64,000 nt of DNA from Hydrolagus affinis (lineage: Eukaryota). The stretch spans positions 1 through 64,000 of the forward strand of contig JAAILG010000060.1 in assembly GCA_012026655.1 (NCBI GenBank), in the 5' to 3' direction. Below the pieces are notes generated by a model. That model saw only the letters and a program-made list of their open reading frames with translations. It was not told the DNA's origin and made no database searches. Both the position numbers and the translations under genes were made by a program. Positions 1-12,303 of the stretch are shown here, in pieces; within the stretch, counting starts at the first letter, position 1; each line of letters starts with the position of its first letter.

Positions 1-20
1 TCTCTCCCCCTCCCCACCCC

Positions 21-264
21 TTGCATACCTGTATATTGTATTCGAGGACTATGAATACAATATGGCGGCTTTGCACCTCGGTCTGTGCATTGTGTATAGA
101 GGTGAGCATTCTGGGTCTTGTAGTTCAGTGTGCGCGCATTCCGATTTTTTACCTCGATATATCTATTTTTCGGTATATCGATATTTTTGAAATGCCTATA
201 TCGGCGTATCAATATGAAAATTATATTGGGTTTTAGTGATATATCGATATATCACCGGACCCTA
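21..264. mobile_element. Right-hand part of a non-autonomous hAT(Ac)-type DNA transposon (MITE)
   Basis: Ends in ...GATATATCGATATATCACCGGACCCTA (reverse complement TAGGGTCCGGTGATATATCG), the TAGGG-type terminus of vertebrate hAT non-autonomous elements. Subterminal CGATAT/ATATCG motifs are repeated and the segment is CpG-rich compared with its flanks. The left TIR is not visible in the window. Confidence 0.7.
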
Positions 265-821
265 CTGTACAGTGAGTGGAAAATGTCCATTTAGTAAACT
301 TGCAAGTGAAAAAGTAGTGTTAAGAAGATGAATGGAAATTGATGAATGAGGCAGTAATACCAGATCAATGAACCTCCATAAAAAAAGAAACTTGGAGCTT
401 TAATTTATAAACATGGTAAGAGACCAGAGACAACAATATCTCCAGTTGAAAATGCATATGGGCTAGGTTTGTGGATGTAATATGGAGTAGCATTGATTCA
501 TTAAAATTGTACTCTATAGTATTGCAGATTTCTTTAAAAAATTGTAATTAAACCTGCATTCAATTTCTATTCCAGCACTTCATACATCGACTGCAGCTCA
601 GCCATAAATACAAGTCATTCAGGTGTCCCTCTAACTTGGTGTTACCACTGTCGTATAGTCTCACTCCATCAATTGGTAGAATGACCTCACTGCAAGTTGG
701 GCAACTGTTATTATGAAGATTTTCTTGCAAAACCGAAATGGTTAGGATAAGATCCTTCACATCATAAACTTGTAAACCATCAACTTATGGAGGAAGCTGT
801 AGTTTAGACATTTGTTCTAAG

Positions 822-994
822 AGTAGAATCATACAATATTACAGCACAGAAGGCAGCCATTCGGCCCATCGTGCCTGTGCTGGCACTTTGAAAGAGCTAC
901 CGAATCAGTCTCACTCCCCTGTTCTTTTCCCATATCCTTGCCAATTTTTCCTTTTCAAGCACCTATTTAATTCCCTTTTGAAAGTTGTTATTGA
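822..994 (-). mobile_element. CR1 LINE 3' end (5'-truncated)
   Basis: TAGAATCATAC...ACAGCACAGAAGGCAGCCATTCGGCCCATCGTGCCTGTG is the reverse complement of the typical CR1 3' terminus (GATGGGCCGAATGGC...TGTGCTGT...ATGATTCTA). Confidence 0.8.
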
Positions 995-2101
995 CAGTAC
1001 AGCTGGCTTGCTGGGAAATGTTGCATGCTGATAGACACAGAGCTTGAGCCAGGATTTAGCTGCCACGTGAAGAAATAATTTGGAATTTGTGAATTTTGTA
1101 CCTGAGCCAAAATAATTAATTATGCAAGTCAATACAACTTTTAAAAGAACATCCTTCATGGCGAGTTCCCAATTCTAGTCAAACTCTTACCCACTGTCGG
1201 AGGCACCTTTTAGTGAAATAGCTCTGGGAACAGTGCACTGAGGACGGGGGGTTTATAGTGAGCGGGAGTGGAGTCAGGAGGAGGGAGTGAATGGCAGCAA
1301 ACTAAAAATAGTAATCTTATTATGGAGATGTATCAAGATAATCAACTATTTAGAGAGATTCTTAAGAGAAGACATTTTCCACAAATAGTTTAAGATATTG
1401 CCAAGGTGTATGGCCCAGAATTCCACCAAGTTCTAGTCTATTAAAATCATTTCAGCTTAAACACTTAGATTGCACAGAACGGGACAAAGATTGCAGTTCT
1501 TAAAAATAACTGGCTTCCAAATTGAAAAGTTAATTTAAAAATGTTCTGTAAATCTTAAATGTTTAAGGCAAAAACACTTTAGCAGCCTAGGACGAGATGG
1601 AAATTCAGACTAATAATTAGACAATAGTCTGACAAAATGGGTTGAAACGCATATTAAAAACATAAATCATTATAGCCCCAAATGGTAATCATGAGTGATG
1701 CATGTCAAAGGAGTGAGCAGAGAATACCAGGTTATTGAGTAAGTGTTGATTTTGCACCTTTGGTTTTGTAATTTGATTCTGTTCAGCCATAGAATAATTT
1801 CCAGTAAAAGTACATTGCTTGATGAAATTTTCTTTATTCTTTTCTAAGCATATGATACAATGACTTTAACATTGTCTAAATGTATCATCTTGCCACTTGT
1901 GGAAGAAGAAAGCCCACCAAACCCTTTCTCATAAAAGAGAATTAACATTTGAGGATAATTTTCATATTTTCTTTAGCCATACTGGTCAATAATACGACCG
2001 GACTTGGTATGTGAGGTATGTTTTGTAAGGTGGCTTATACTTGCAGGTATAACAATCCTGCTTTGCAATCCCTCAAATAAAATCAATATTTCACTTTATG
2101 C

Positions 2102-2250
2102 CGGTTTGTGTGCATTGCTTTGCATAAATTTTCCGCTATATTCATCTCCAAAACCATAGTCACTACACTTTACAGAAAATATTTTAAAGCACTTTGAGAT
2201 GTCCTCCTGATGTGAAAAGTGCAAGAATTATAAAATGCAGGAATTATTCT
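2102..2250 (+). mobile_element. Deu-type SINE 3' portion
   Basis: AGTCACTACACTTTACAG...AAGCACTTTGAGATGTC...GTGAAAAGTGC...AAATGCAGGAATTATT; the same tail module occurs in many other SINE copies here. Confidence 0.65.
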
Positions 2251-2289
2251 TACTACTGCAATTTAAACCTTTAAATCCCTGCACAGACT

Positions 2290-2640
2290 TGTTCCATCCC
2301 ATCTCTGTAATCTCTGATTACCCTGTCAATCTGGCTGTTCCCTTTGCTCAGAAAATATTGGCCTGCTTCATGTTCCCCAACCTATCCACCCCACCATCGG
2401 GGGAGAAGTTTCAGGCATTCTGCCACACTCTGTGGAACTCCATCTCTGAATCCTTCAAATGTGTTCCCTCCCTCTCCTCATTTAAAGTCCGCCTCAAGGC
2501 GTACCTGTTTGACCATGCTTTCAGTTATTGTTCCCCTCCCCACCCACTTTGGCATCCATCCCCAGCGTGGGTGTCTAGTTAGCACTTTGAGAAATTATCC
2601 CAATGTGAAAAATGCTGTATACGGTAAATATAAATTGTAA
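2290..2640 (+). mobile_element. L2 LINE 3' fragment, degraded
   Basis: Translated remnant ...LWNSISE...SLSSFKVRLKAYLFDHAF matches the L2 ORF2 C-terminus seen in other copies and is followed by a 3' UTR. Confidence 0.75.
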
Positions 2641-3435
2641 AATTAAATTGTACAAATATGGGTCTGAAGTTTGGGTATATCATTGTCAAAACTAACTGAC
2701 CATAATTTAAAGGCCAGTTTGATTGCCAAGATACGCACAAATAATTCTTTGCACACTGGCCAGGAAAAGCAATATTTTTGGAATAAACATTATTGTAATT
2801 TGTTCCTAGTAGAGAAGAACCTCAGCCATTTGAGCTCACGGCAACCAAGGGTGCAGGAATTCTGTTTATTGATAGAATTGTTTCTGGCCAACACATCAGT
2901 GCGGAACCAGATGTTCACCCTAATCCTTCCCCCCACCCACCCCCGGGCTGGTGGGATTCTTCAGGCATTAAAATGCTTAACTGTAGTGATGAAAATATTC
3001 AAATATTTGAGCTAGAAAATAGCTCTACCAGAGACTATGGCTGATTTCTGCCGATGGCAACTTGGCTAGACCTGCCTTGTGCCAATGTGAATATTTCTCC
3101 CCTCTGTATTGTTTGAATCTTGTTTCTGTGGCAGCTAGTATTCAAGTCCTGCTTCAAGTTGTTGATCATTATCAGTTTTATTCTATGCTTGTTATTTACT
3201 CTTTTGTTTTGCATCTCTTTTCAGTTGTGGTTTGCTGCATTTTATACAGCAGCTGTCTTTTCTGTATATTCCAATCCTTCCATCTGCAGATACATTGGTG
3301 GATTTCATATACTGTCCATAGCTCTCTCTTGTTTACAAAGACACAGAGTTTCCTTTCATCTTTCAATACTTTCTATGAACCCTTCTGTCTGCGTTATACA
3401 ATTCTTTCTGGTAAGTGTTTCTGATTTCATTTGGG

Positions 3436-3535
3436 TTCACAAGAGTGGTTTGGATGAAGAAAGCCTTTCAGCTATTTGATCTCATCTTTCCAGAAAATAA
3501 TCCACTGTCCTCCAATACAGTATCTAGTCCTTCAA
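3436..3535 (-). mobile_element. CR1-like 3' tail fragment
   Basis: Reverse complement reads ...GAAAGGCTTTCTTCATCCAAACCACTCTTGTGAA. The motif TCTTCATCCAAACC..CTTGTG is shared with copies at about 7080 and 18750. Confidence 0.55.
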
Positions 3536-4074
3536 AGCTGCTTGTAAAGGATAGTCCTTTTATCATCTGCTCTCACTGTCTCTCTTTACCTTGTTTTGCT
3601 AATTTTCCTACTGGATGCCAATCCTAATCTCTTCTCTTTACCTCTTCTGAAGATACTCATTGCTGGTGAACAGCTCCACAAACATGTGAAACCCACTGGC
3701 ACTCTTACCAAGCACCCATTCTATGTGCATGAGTGTAATGGGTGTAAATGTGCGACTTAAACATGGGTGGAAGTTTGGGAAGTACCAGAGCTGTGCTAGC
3801 TCCTGTTCTTATCTAACTGGAAATTGGAGATACCAATCCTAACCTATTTCTGCCCACTGACTGGTGTCCGTCTGTCCCTTCCTGGACACTGACCAACAGT
3901 TTACTGTCTCTGCAGATAATTTCCTGGGGGAGGGACTGCAATACATCACTCAGTTTCACATAGATTAATAACAAGTCTGGGCAAGGTTGAGGAGTTCCAC
4001 GGTCTCAAGACCTAGGAAAGAATGAGTTAGAGTACAAGACAGTATGATAAGGCTTACTTTCAACACGGTAAGGA

Positions 4075-4260
4075 TTCAGGGAGAAGGAGGGTATGCTGTA
4101 GAACGGGCTCTTTGGGAACATGAAAGAAACAGCCCAAAGTTCTGATAGAGCACTGACCATTTGCAGTAATGAGAAAATAGAGAAATATGAGAACAGCTGT
4201 GATTGGGATGAGAGAGAAAGAGGACGGAGACTGGAGGTGAGAGAGGATCATTTATCAGAT
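4075..4260 (-). mobile_element. Very old L2/CR1 RT remnant
   Basis: Minus-strand translation HVPKEPVLQHTLLL resembles the RT motif GVPQGSVLGPLLF; the plus strand is purine-rich, as for antisense L2. Confidence 0.35.
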
Positions 4261-4678
4261 GACAAAACCTGTTCGATGACTGGTTTCATGTGTCCTGTGC
4301 AGGTGTGTGAAAGCATGCTCATACACAGGACAGTAGTGATCAAAGGAGGAATTTCAATAGATGAAAGGGAACATTAGCCCTATCATGCTTCAACAGGTAC
4401 TGCTCCTAAAATGTACAACACTATGATTTGTAGAAGAACAATATGAGATCTCCCATGTATATAACCATACATATCATGCATTTTGCAGGCTGTGTGATGA
4501 TGTGGTCACACCCACAGCAGCCTAAAGTAAGCTGAGGTTCTCAATCTATTTATTCCAGTTTGCATTTTAAATATTAACTCTCCTACTTAAGATACTGATT
4601 CCTTTACTATTACTATTATAATTTATTTATGGTATATTTGATGATGTTTCTCTGTAAGGATTTTTAAAAATTAAAATA

Positions 4679-5175
4679 ACAATAATAACCTTTGCATTTG
4701 ATTAAACACCTCTCACAACATCAAGGTGCTTTGACTGTTGTACAGTATTTTAATATTCAGGAAAATGCAGCAGCTAATTTGCACACAGAAATGTCCCACA
4801 AATAGCCATTAAGTGAATGACCAATTTTATCTTGAGGATTGCAGGTTAGGGCATTGGGAATAACTTTTCTCTCTTTTTGAATGGTAATATAAGAACTTAA
4901 CACCCAACTTTTAAGGCCCAAATTTTACAATAACAACAACAACAACTTTGATTTATATAGCGCCCTCCACGCCAGAAGGCGTCTCAGAGCGCTTTAAACT
5001 ATTTCTTCCATCTCTTCTATCTTTTACTATCTCTTCCAAAGAAAAATACCTCTAATAGTGCATCACTACTTCAATACTGCATTGGACAATAATTCTAGAC
5101 TATGAGTTCAAATTCCCAACATGGGGCTTGAACCACAAATATCTGATTCCAGAGGTAAGAGTGCTACTAACTGAT
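4679..5175 (-). mobile_element. Deu-domain SINE, degraded, interrupted by an L2 tail
   Basis: AATAATAACCTTTGCATTTGAT (antisense tail), CAGCTAATTTGCACACAG, and antisense tRNA-like head GGGGCTTGAACCACA...TCTGATTCCAGAGGTAAGAGTGCTACTAACTGA. Confidence 0.7.
4928..4996 (-). mobile_element. L2 3' terminus only (young subfamily) nested in the SINE
   Basis: (CAA)n-CTTTGATTTATATAGCGCCCTCCACGCCAGAAGGCGTCTCAGAGCGCTT, near-identical to the 3' end of the copies at 63485 and 36789. Confidence 0.85.
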
Positions 5176-5369
5176 ACCTCCTAAGCCCAAGATCTCCAAA
5201 GCCCAAGGTCTTGACTGTGCGGCATTAACACATACAATGTATTGCTTTGTACAGTACTTTGACCAAGTTATCTTTTGTGGAATTGCTTGTATTCCTTCAA
5301 TATTTAACCTTTCAATAAGCAGAGCTGGAAGCTTCCAGCAAAATTGTCTCTATTCTCTTGAACTCCGTC

Positions 5370-5660
5370 TCCATTCCTAATTCATTCATTTTATGCTAAT
5401 GTTTAAAGCTCCCCTCAAGGCTTACCTCATTGACCTGTTGTCTTGTTTATCTTTCTCCTCCCCACCTCTTCAGGTACAACCCTTCAGCTCAGGTTCCAAG
5501 TCACCAGTGTGAAGCACTTGAAGAAGTCTTCTGATATCAAAGGAGTTGTATAAACGTAAATTACATTTGTAAATATAAATTACAGAGTCTCCGCCACTGT
5601 TAAGCTCTCTGAGATGCTACCCGGTGGGGAGAGTGCTATATAATATAATTGTTGTATTGT
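5370..5660 (+). mobile_element. Two degraded L2 3' end fragments
   Basis: TTTAAAGCTCCCCTCAAGGCTTACCTC...GTGAAGCACTTG, then AAGCTCTCTGAGATGC...GAGTGCTATATAA...TTGTTGT. Confidence 0.55.
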
Positions 5661-6984
5661 GAGTTTAACACAGGTAAATTAAAATGCAATCGTCATTAAA
5701 TATTGTGTTATTTTCAATTATTTATTGCAGAAGATGCCAACCTTGCTGGGTCTTATGCTATAAACCTGTTCATCAAGCCACACAGGTATTCAGCCAAATC
5801 ATTGAGTACTTGACTCAAATGTACTATTGCGGATAAGTTGCATCTGATAGGTTATTTATAGCATTGCTTCTGGCACTCCATGTTCTTGTAGAAAATGAAT
5901 GCTATAATTACAGTACAGAGATTGCAATCTATTTATTGCTCTCCTCAGTGTAATTTCATGTTTTTAATCCACCTCTATCTATTGACCATATGTAATATTT
6001 ACATGCTGTAAATACAAAACAGTGCTTATGCTTTCTATCCATCTGCTGAATACTCAGTAGGTAGAAATGTAACAATTCTACTGCTCAATTAATTTAGTCA
6101 AGACTTGAAGTGGGTCTGATTTGCAATATTTCTTAACCGATTTCTTAACAATTTTTTTATCATTAAATATTGTCACTTACAATATTGATGATAGCCTACT
6201 ATAAGTTCATTGTATTATACATATCTCTTGGAAGATTTAAATCTTCAGGCAGAAACTTGTTTTGTCAAGTTGTCTTCATAATGTGAGTAGATTTGTACAT
6301 AATATATATATATTTTTGTGTATTTCACACTGTTTCAAAATGTCAAGCATATTTAGGCAGTTGAAAGTAAATGCACAGCTTGCTTTGTGTAAAAGCCACA
6401 ATGATTTCAGCTTCAGAATAACATCATACTCAGGAATAAATGTAAAGTATAAATGTACTGAGAAACCATCTTTGAAGGTTGCACTTTGAAGTCTTCGGTG
6501 TCTTCTGTGCATTAAAATGAGATGCCAGTGTGTTTATATTTATTCCAGGAATGTATTTTATTTTTGTGTAGGGTTGTCTGAGTTAACTGATCATAATTCC
6601 CCTTTCGTGGCCCCTGTGTAAGTCATCGCGAAGATGCTAGAAAGTAGAAAAATGCAATGTATTACAAGAAGATCAAAGGGTACCTCACCGATTGTTGTAT
6701 AGAAAGAGCCATCTTAGATCTCATAATTGTAGACTCAAGACTCAAATATATGATAAGGTGCTATATCAAAATGCAAGGATTATTATAAGTATGAAAGATG
6801 CTAAAAGATTTTGGATTGCAATGTTGGTTCATTGTTATCAATACTTGAAGGGGATCTAATTTGCAATATTTCTTATTAATAGGGGAGGACATCTCAAGGC
6901 GCTTCACAGCATTTACTATTTCTTCTTTTACTCAAAGGAGTAAATCAATGACTGGAATACCAGGACAGGTGACTGTGGCTAAGA

Positions 6985-7105
6985 TGCTGGACTAATTGAA
7001 AAAGCAGCATGATGCTGTGATGGGGAGAAATAGGGTGGCTCTTCTGGAAGGATGATATCAGATAGGCCAAAGGGCCCTCTTCATCCAAACCGTTCTTGTG
7101 TGATC
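6985..7105 (+). mobile_element. CR1-like 3' tail fragment
   Basis: GATGCTGTGATGGGG...GATAGGCCAAAGGGCCCTCTTCATCCAAACCGTTCTTGTGTGATC. Confidence 0.55.
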
Positions 7106-8619
7106 ACCATTATTTCTTTTATTTTTTAATTTTTTTTTACATTGTTTTTATTACTAATTTGCTTCCCTCCTTCTCTCATGAAAGCAGTGACCATTTATTG
7201 GTTAGGGTTACACAGATACCCTTTAATGAATATTGGTGGGTCATTGGAGTTGAAGTGCATCACTGTGAAATCTAGTCATTTTCAAACTAGCAATCAAACT
7301 GGAAAACTCCACCATATATGGTTTATTACTACATTGGGCATTGGCTACACCCACTAGTTGATCAGTGAAGTTACTATCTATGATATACAGTATATTAATA
7401 TTTTCCAGGAGTGTGTAACTCCTCTTTCACAACCTTTACTGACACCTTGGTATATCATTATGTCTCCTGCTTTTTTAACTTCAGTGAAGCTCTGCAACAT
7501 TGGTTTGGGGATCTGTGAACAGACTGTGAACAGTTTCTCAGCTATAGACATGCTCAGCATTACCTTGGAGGAATTGGAGCTATTGGAGGAATGTAAATCA
7601 CACTTGTGCTGCGACTTATTGAGAGAGGCTTTTTGAAAAGCTGGCCCTCTACATGCACATATTCCAATACAGTGAAAGCTTGCTAATTGCAATGCCCAAG
7701 TGGGAATGAAATGAAGCCACTCAGCAGTTCTGCCTCCTTAAAGTATATCCCAACTTCACACCAGCCTTCAAAAATTCTGACAGCAAAAAACTCCCTTGTT
7801 AAAATGCTCAAAATCATGAAAATAAACCTTGTTTCACACAAAATAGTTGCGCAAATTATGCTGCTTGTTAAGCAGATGATAGGACTGCGGTTAAGATTCA
7901 TCCCATGATCCTCATTGTGGTCTCCAGTGGAAACAAGTGAGCTCAAAGGGAACTGAGCCATAGGTCTCTGGTTTAATTCCTTGTCATTCTCCATGAGTGT
8001 GCCAGGATTTGAGGTGAAACCAGATCATGTAGCAATGGGCTGCGGTGGGATGCTGCTGCAATGGACATTACTGATCTCAAATTAGAGTGGGACACAATTG
8101 GATTACCACTATGTAGTGACCTGTAAATAGGATAGTATCAAGCGCAGGCTTAAATTGCCCATCAACAATAAGCTTGTAACATGCTTGTCTTGGCACAATT
8201 GTGGATTGTGACAGGGACTTGTGCCTGATACCTTTCGGCCTGTATGGCTCAGTTTTACTCCAGACTTTGACTTCATCACCTGAGAATCTGGAGAGCAGAG
8301 CAATTCAATTAAGTAGGAAATCAAAACTGTCAGCTGCAAAATCTTGTTTGCCAGCAGCAGCTGGTAATTGGAGTACCTGGTCTTGCATTGTCCAAAGGAC
8401 TAAAATGAAAAAGGCTGACATGAGAGAAAGCAAGAGAGATATACAGTGAGATGATTGGGAGCAGTTAATAACTTCAAATACTGAGAAGTTTCAGGTGGCT
8501 CATAATAACATCAAGTGAAACAATACCAAAAAGTTGTACGGTTGAAAGAGAAAGAACTAATCTCACTTATATAAGAGTATACACATTTATACACATTTGC
8601 TTCAACACTTTATCACGTT

Positions 8620-8900
8620 GGACTGTCGGAGATGCCACCATGCAGATGAGACTTTAAACCAAGTTACCTGTTGAGGAGTATGTTAAAGGTCCCATGACAC
8701 ACTTTCAAAAGAGAAAGAGTTTCTCCCAGTGTCCTACCGCTATAGGATCATTATTATAATATCAAAACATCTTGGCACTTCATACATTATGTTAAATATA
8801 AAGTGACTGTCTTACAAGCAATCACAGCAGCTAACCTGCCACAGAAGCATTCCACAAAGAGCAATTAAATGGATGGATGTCCAGGTTTAATATTTATATT
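8620..8900. mobile_element. Deu-domain SINE fragments (core on +, tail fragment on -)
   Basis: ACTGTCGGAGATGCC...CAGATGAGACTTTAAACCAAG...AAAGGTCCCATGACAC is a Deu-domain core; it is followed by an antisense tail module. Confidence 0.6.
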
Positions 8901-9804
8901 TAAATCCAGATTCACCGTTCAGAAATGCATTGCTTTCCCATCTTATGGATAAATCTCAATTCCACTTTACCCAACCATGTGACGCACTCACCAACTGAAC
9001 CATTGGGGGAGGCTAATAATAGGTTTAATTGATGACTTGCTACTTCGTGACTTGTGTATTATTCCATGTCATTTATTAACTGCACTAACAGTGGTAATTA
9101 CAAGAAAAGTAGAGTTAACACCAAAATAAGCATCCTGCTGTGAGCACTTGATTAGAGCCTGCTGTCAGCACAAACAGGACAATTTGCACCTTGCAAATTT
9201 AATACAGGATCAGTTACTTGGAAAAGTGAGAGACATTTCACCCTTCAGTTAAATTGAGGGATTTCCTTTTAACAAAATCGTATTTAAATTGATTAAAATG
9301 TGAGAAGGTGTCCCCCAGAATGGATTGTCCCATCAGCCATGTTTTGGCTTGCCAGCATTAAGTACAAGCTCTGCCTGAAGTACAGTTATTAAGTGGTGAG
9401 TGTTTACACACAGATTAAGACAGCGGTTGACTCCTGGTTGCTCTACCAGGGAAGCCTTCACTTCAGTACACTGCACTCCTGTTGTCGGGTGGATGCTGGA
9501 TGTCTGCATTACTATGTTGTTATAATGAGAAAAGAAGAATAGGAGAATAATACACTGGAAACATGGATTTGATGCAAAGTAGTTTGAACAAATTCAGAAT
9601 TAAAACATTGTTCACTTTGGTGCACAAAGCCAATTTTTTGGATTATCTGCTTGTATATGAAACCTTAGTCTGTAGAACCAGATCCAGAAAAATACTTCAA
9701 TCTAGCCTTGAGAATATGTCACTGCTGTCTAGTGAATGGAAAGTGCCCTGCTGGCCACAGATATTAATGTTTCAGGTGAACAATTAGGACCTCTGATGGG
9801 TTTG

Positions 9805-10130
9805 TGGATGAATGCTGCTCAGTGTGGTATTGAGTCGTACCGGCCAGGAAGGTAATGGATTAAATCTCGCTTTTGCATAGTTAGTTGAGGACAGCACTAG
9901 GTGTTCTATGCAATTGACTTTACCACCCCAGGCCTGGCTTTCCATTCATGACTATTATCCAGCTGCAAGGAGGACATTGAGTTAGCATGCCTCTTATACC
10001 TCCATTCAGTTAAATTGGCAGTGGATATTCTCTGTCCTTATTTCTGTCCCACATGAAGAAAGGTTACATGGGCCACGTAGCAAAGCTACTGCAATCTTAC
10101 ACTAGGATGAGACGGCAACTTCAAATGCAA
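9805..10130 (+). mobile_element. Ancient LF-SINE-like element
   Basis: AATGCTGCTCAGTGTGGTATTGAGTC...CCAGGAAGGT...TATCCAG...CACATGAAGAA...; partly colinear with the copies at 35060 and 46862. The family name rests on recalled resemblance only. Confidence 0.45.
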
Positions 10131-10721
10131 GGTGTTGAATCTAATTTGTCAAATGTACTTTAGATTTTTGCATAGCAAAGCCTTAGCTTATTTGTATGCA
10201 CTTCAGAAGCTCTAGAATAATACTATGCTGAAATCTATTACACGAATTATTATGTAATGACCTTTAGCTCAACAATTTAATGGCATCATTTAAATGAAAT
10301 GTGCTTTTGACTTGATGGTTACATATTGATAGTCAAGTGGTAGAGTGAGTGAATACACTGGGCACTTGCATTGTTAATTACCACATGCTTTGTTACTTGC
10401 ACGTGACATCTTTATTTCAAAACTTTTTTTCTTGTAATTTAAAAATAGAGCAAATTTTCTTGAGTGTTTAAAGCTACTTTACCCCTTTTTCAAGGGGTAA
10501 AGTATCCTTGTTAATTTCAGAAACACAGAGTCAACTGGCAGAAATCACTTACTGCCCTGGCGTGTTATTCGATGAGACTGTCATAAAATCGATCTCATTA
10601 GTTGTGTCTGAGATTTGAGACAATGACAAGAAGGTCAGTTTGATGCTTCTTTAAAGGGACATTCCTGGCTGTTTTTTGTTCAGAATGCTACGCACACCAT
10701 CCATAATAATGTTAATAATAG

Positions 10722-11270
10722 GAATAATAATAATCCTTGCATTTGTTACAGCACCTTATCACTTCACCATAACATCTCACTTCCCACAGTTTACCGTAAA
10801 GTGAAGTGACTATATTTTTCGGCAGCCAATTTGTGCACAGAAATATTCTCCAAATACCCTTAGATAGATAATCTGCAGACAGGACCTTGGTTTAATGACT
10901 CAAGTTAAGACAACACCTCTAAAAATGCAGTGCTCCCTTAGCCCTGCACTGAACTGTCTACCAATTGTAGCCAAACCATGGCCGGAAGTGACCCATTGGA
11001 CTAACAAGAAGTGACCCACCGTACATTTGCCCTAGCCTAGGTGAGTTCATTTTAAATCAATGTTCTGTTTCCAGTGGCTACTAAGTGTCGACATTTATGG
11101 TGCAGCCATGAATCAAGAAATATTCAATCAAGAAAATGTACTTAGTTGGCCGACCAAAAAGGTTGGTCACCACTAGCCTGGACTATAAGATCAGAGTCCC
11201 AAAGTAGGACGTAAACCCACAACCTTTCAAATCAGAGGCAAGAGTGCTACCAACTGAGACAGGCTGACAC
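10722..11270 (-). mobile_element. Deu-domain SINE interrupted by a MITE
   Basis: Antisense tail AATAATAATCCTTGCATTTG, Deu core GACCTTGGTTTAATG...CACCTCT...TGCAGTGCTCCCT, and head AAACCCACAACCTTTC..ATCAGAGGCAAGAGTGCTACCAACTGAG. Confidence 0.75.
10962..11175. mobile_element. hAT-Charlie-like MITE (about 215 bp) nested in the SINE
   Basis: Right end AAAAAGGTTGGTCACCACTA and degenerate left end CAATTGTAGCCAAACC. It interrupts the SINE between TGCACTGAACTGTCTA and GCCTGGACTAT. Confidence 0.5.
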
Positions 11271-12006
11271 AAATATGCCTGAATATGCCAGAGTTTGGCA
11301 CAGTCAGGCCTAGTTGTTACATGGGTAACAAGCCTTTTGCAGAATTCCCAGTACAAACATAACTAACTGAGAGAATGTTTGAGATCATATTGTTTCTGAT
11401 TGTCATAGGAATGTCACCTTCCTGAAACATCCCAATATGATAGTGGAAGACCAAAGGGCTCTTTGGAAATATTGTTCTCTTAATTTAATGCTGAATTGGA
11501 AAACAACTTATAAATCGAGACCATATAGCTGGATATCTGAATGCATTTTTGCATTCAAGTTAGAAACTGCAGCATCAGTAAGTGATCTGAATGCTATTAT
11601 ACCCTAGTTAATTTTAAAATCTTATTTAAACACTAACAGCATTGCCTAATTCTTTTTGACATGCAATATTTATTCGAGCCTTGCCGTGGCTCCAACATTT
11701 CTGGACATTTGCCTGTTGTATTCACATTTGTTACATTTATTTTCAAATTTTCTCCTTCACTTCTGAATGTTCGGGGGAAGGGGTGTGGGGGCAGTAGGGA
11801 GGTGGCTTCACAACTTTCTGCAGATCTCTAGTTCAGTGCTTTCTCTGCCATTATCAGCAACTCTAGTGTGTTACCGTAAAACCTAAACTCATTGGAACCA
11901 TGGCAATTTCCACCAAGGTCTGGTTAGTGATAACTGTGGAAAACCTAATGGATTTCCTAGAAATACAAACAGCTATTCAGCCACTGAGCCTCTTCACCAT
12001 TTTCGT

Positions 12007-12303
12007 GGAGTCCAATAGCTCAGTGGTTAGAGCACTCGCCTTACAAATGAGAGACCTGGGTTCAATTTCAGGCAAGGTGAAACCTTGTGCAAGTTTCTTA
12101 ACTCCACACACCGAAAAATAATAATATTCCCTCAAAAAAAATTGTTCATTTCAATCCATGACTGTTTATGAGAATTGGCTGCCGTGTTTCTCCCAAAATA
12201 TATACAGTCAATTCACTTTACAGTATATTTTGTGAAATGCTTTGGGACGTCTAGGAGACATGAAAAGCGCTATATAAAATGCAAGGATTATTATTATTTA
12301 TTA
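12007..12303 (+). mobile_element. Young tRNA-derived SINE with L2-type tail
   Basis: Head GGAGTCCAATAGCTCAGTGGTTAGAGCAC (A box) ... GGTTCAATTTC (B box); tail GTGAAATGCTTTGGGACGTCT...AAAAGCGCTATAT..AATGCAAGG(ATT)n. At least 6 related copies occur in the window. Confidence 0.85.

Noticed and set aside
3062-3479. Overlapping hydrophobic 120-aa ORFs
   Set aside because: Explained by T-rich strand bias, overlap a CR1 tail, and show no family motif.
5731-5785. Exon-like segment (TTGCAG...CAG|GTATTC)
   Set aside because: Weak donor and no recognisable protein similarity.
12007-12080. tRNA gene
   Set aside because: The A/B boxes run straight into a SINE body with no acceptor-stem closure, and there are several diverged copies.
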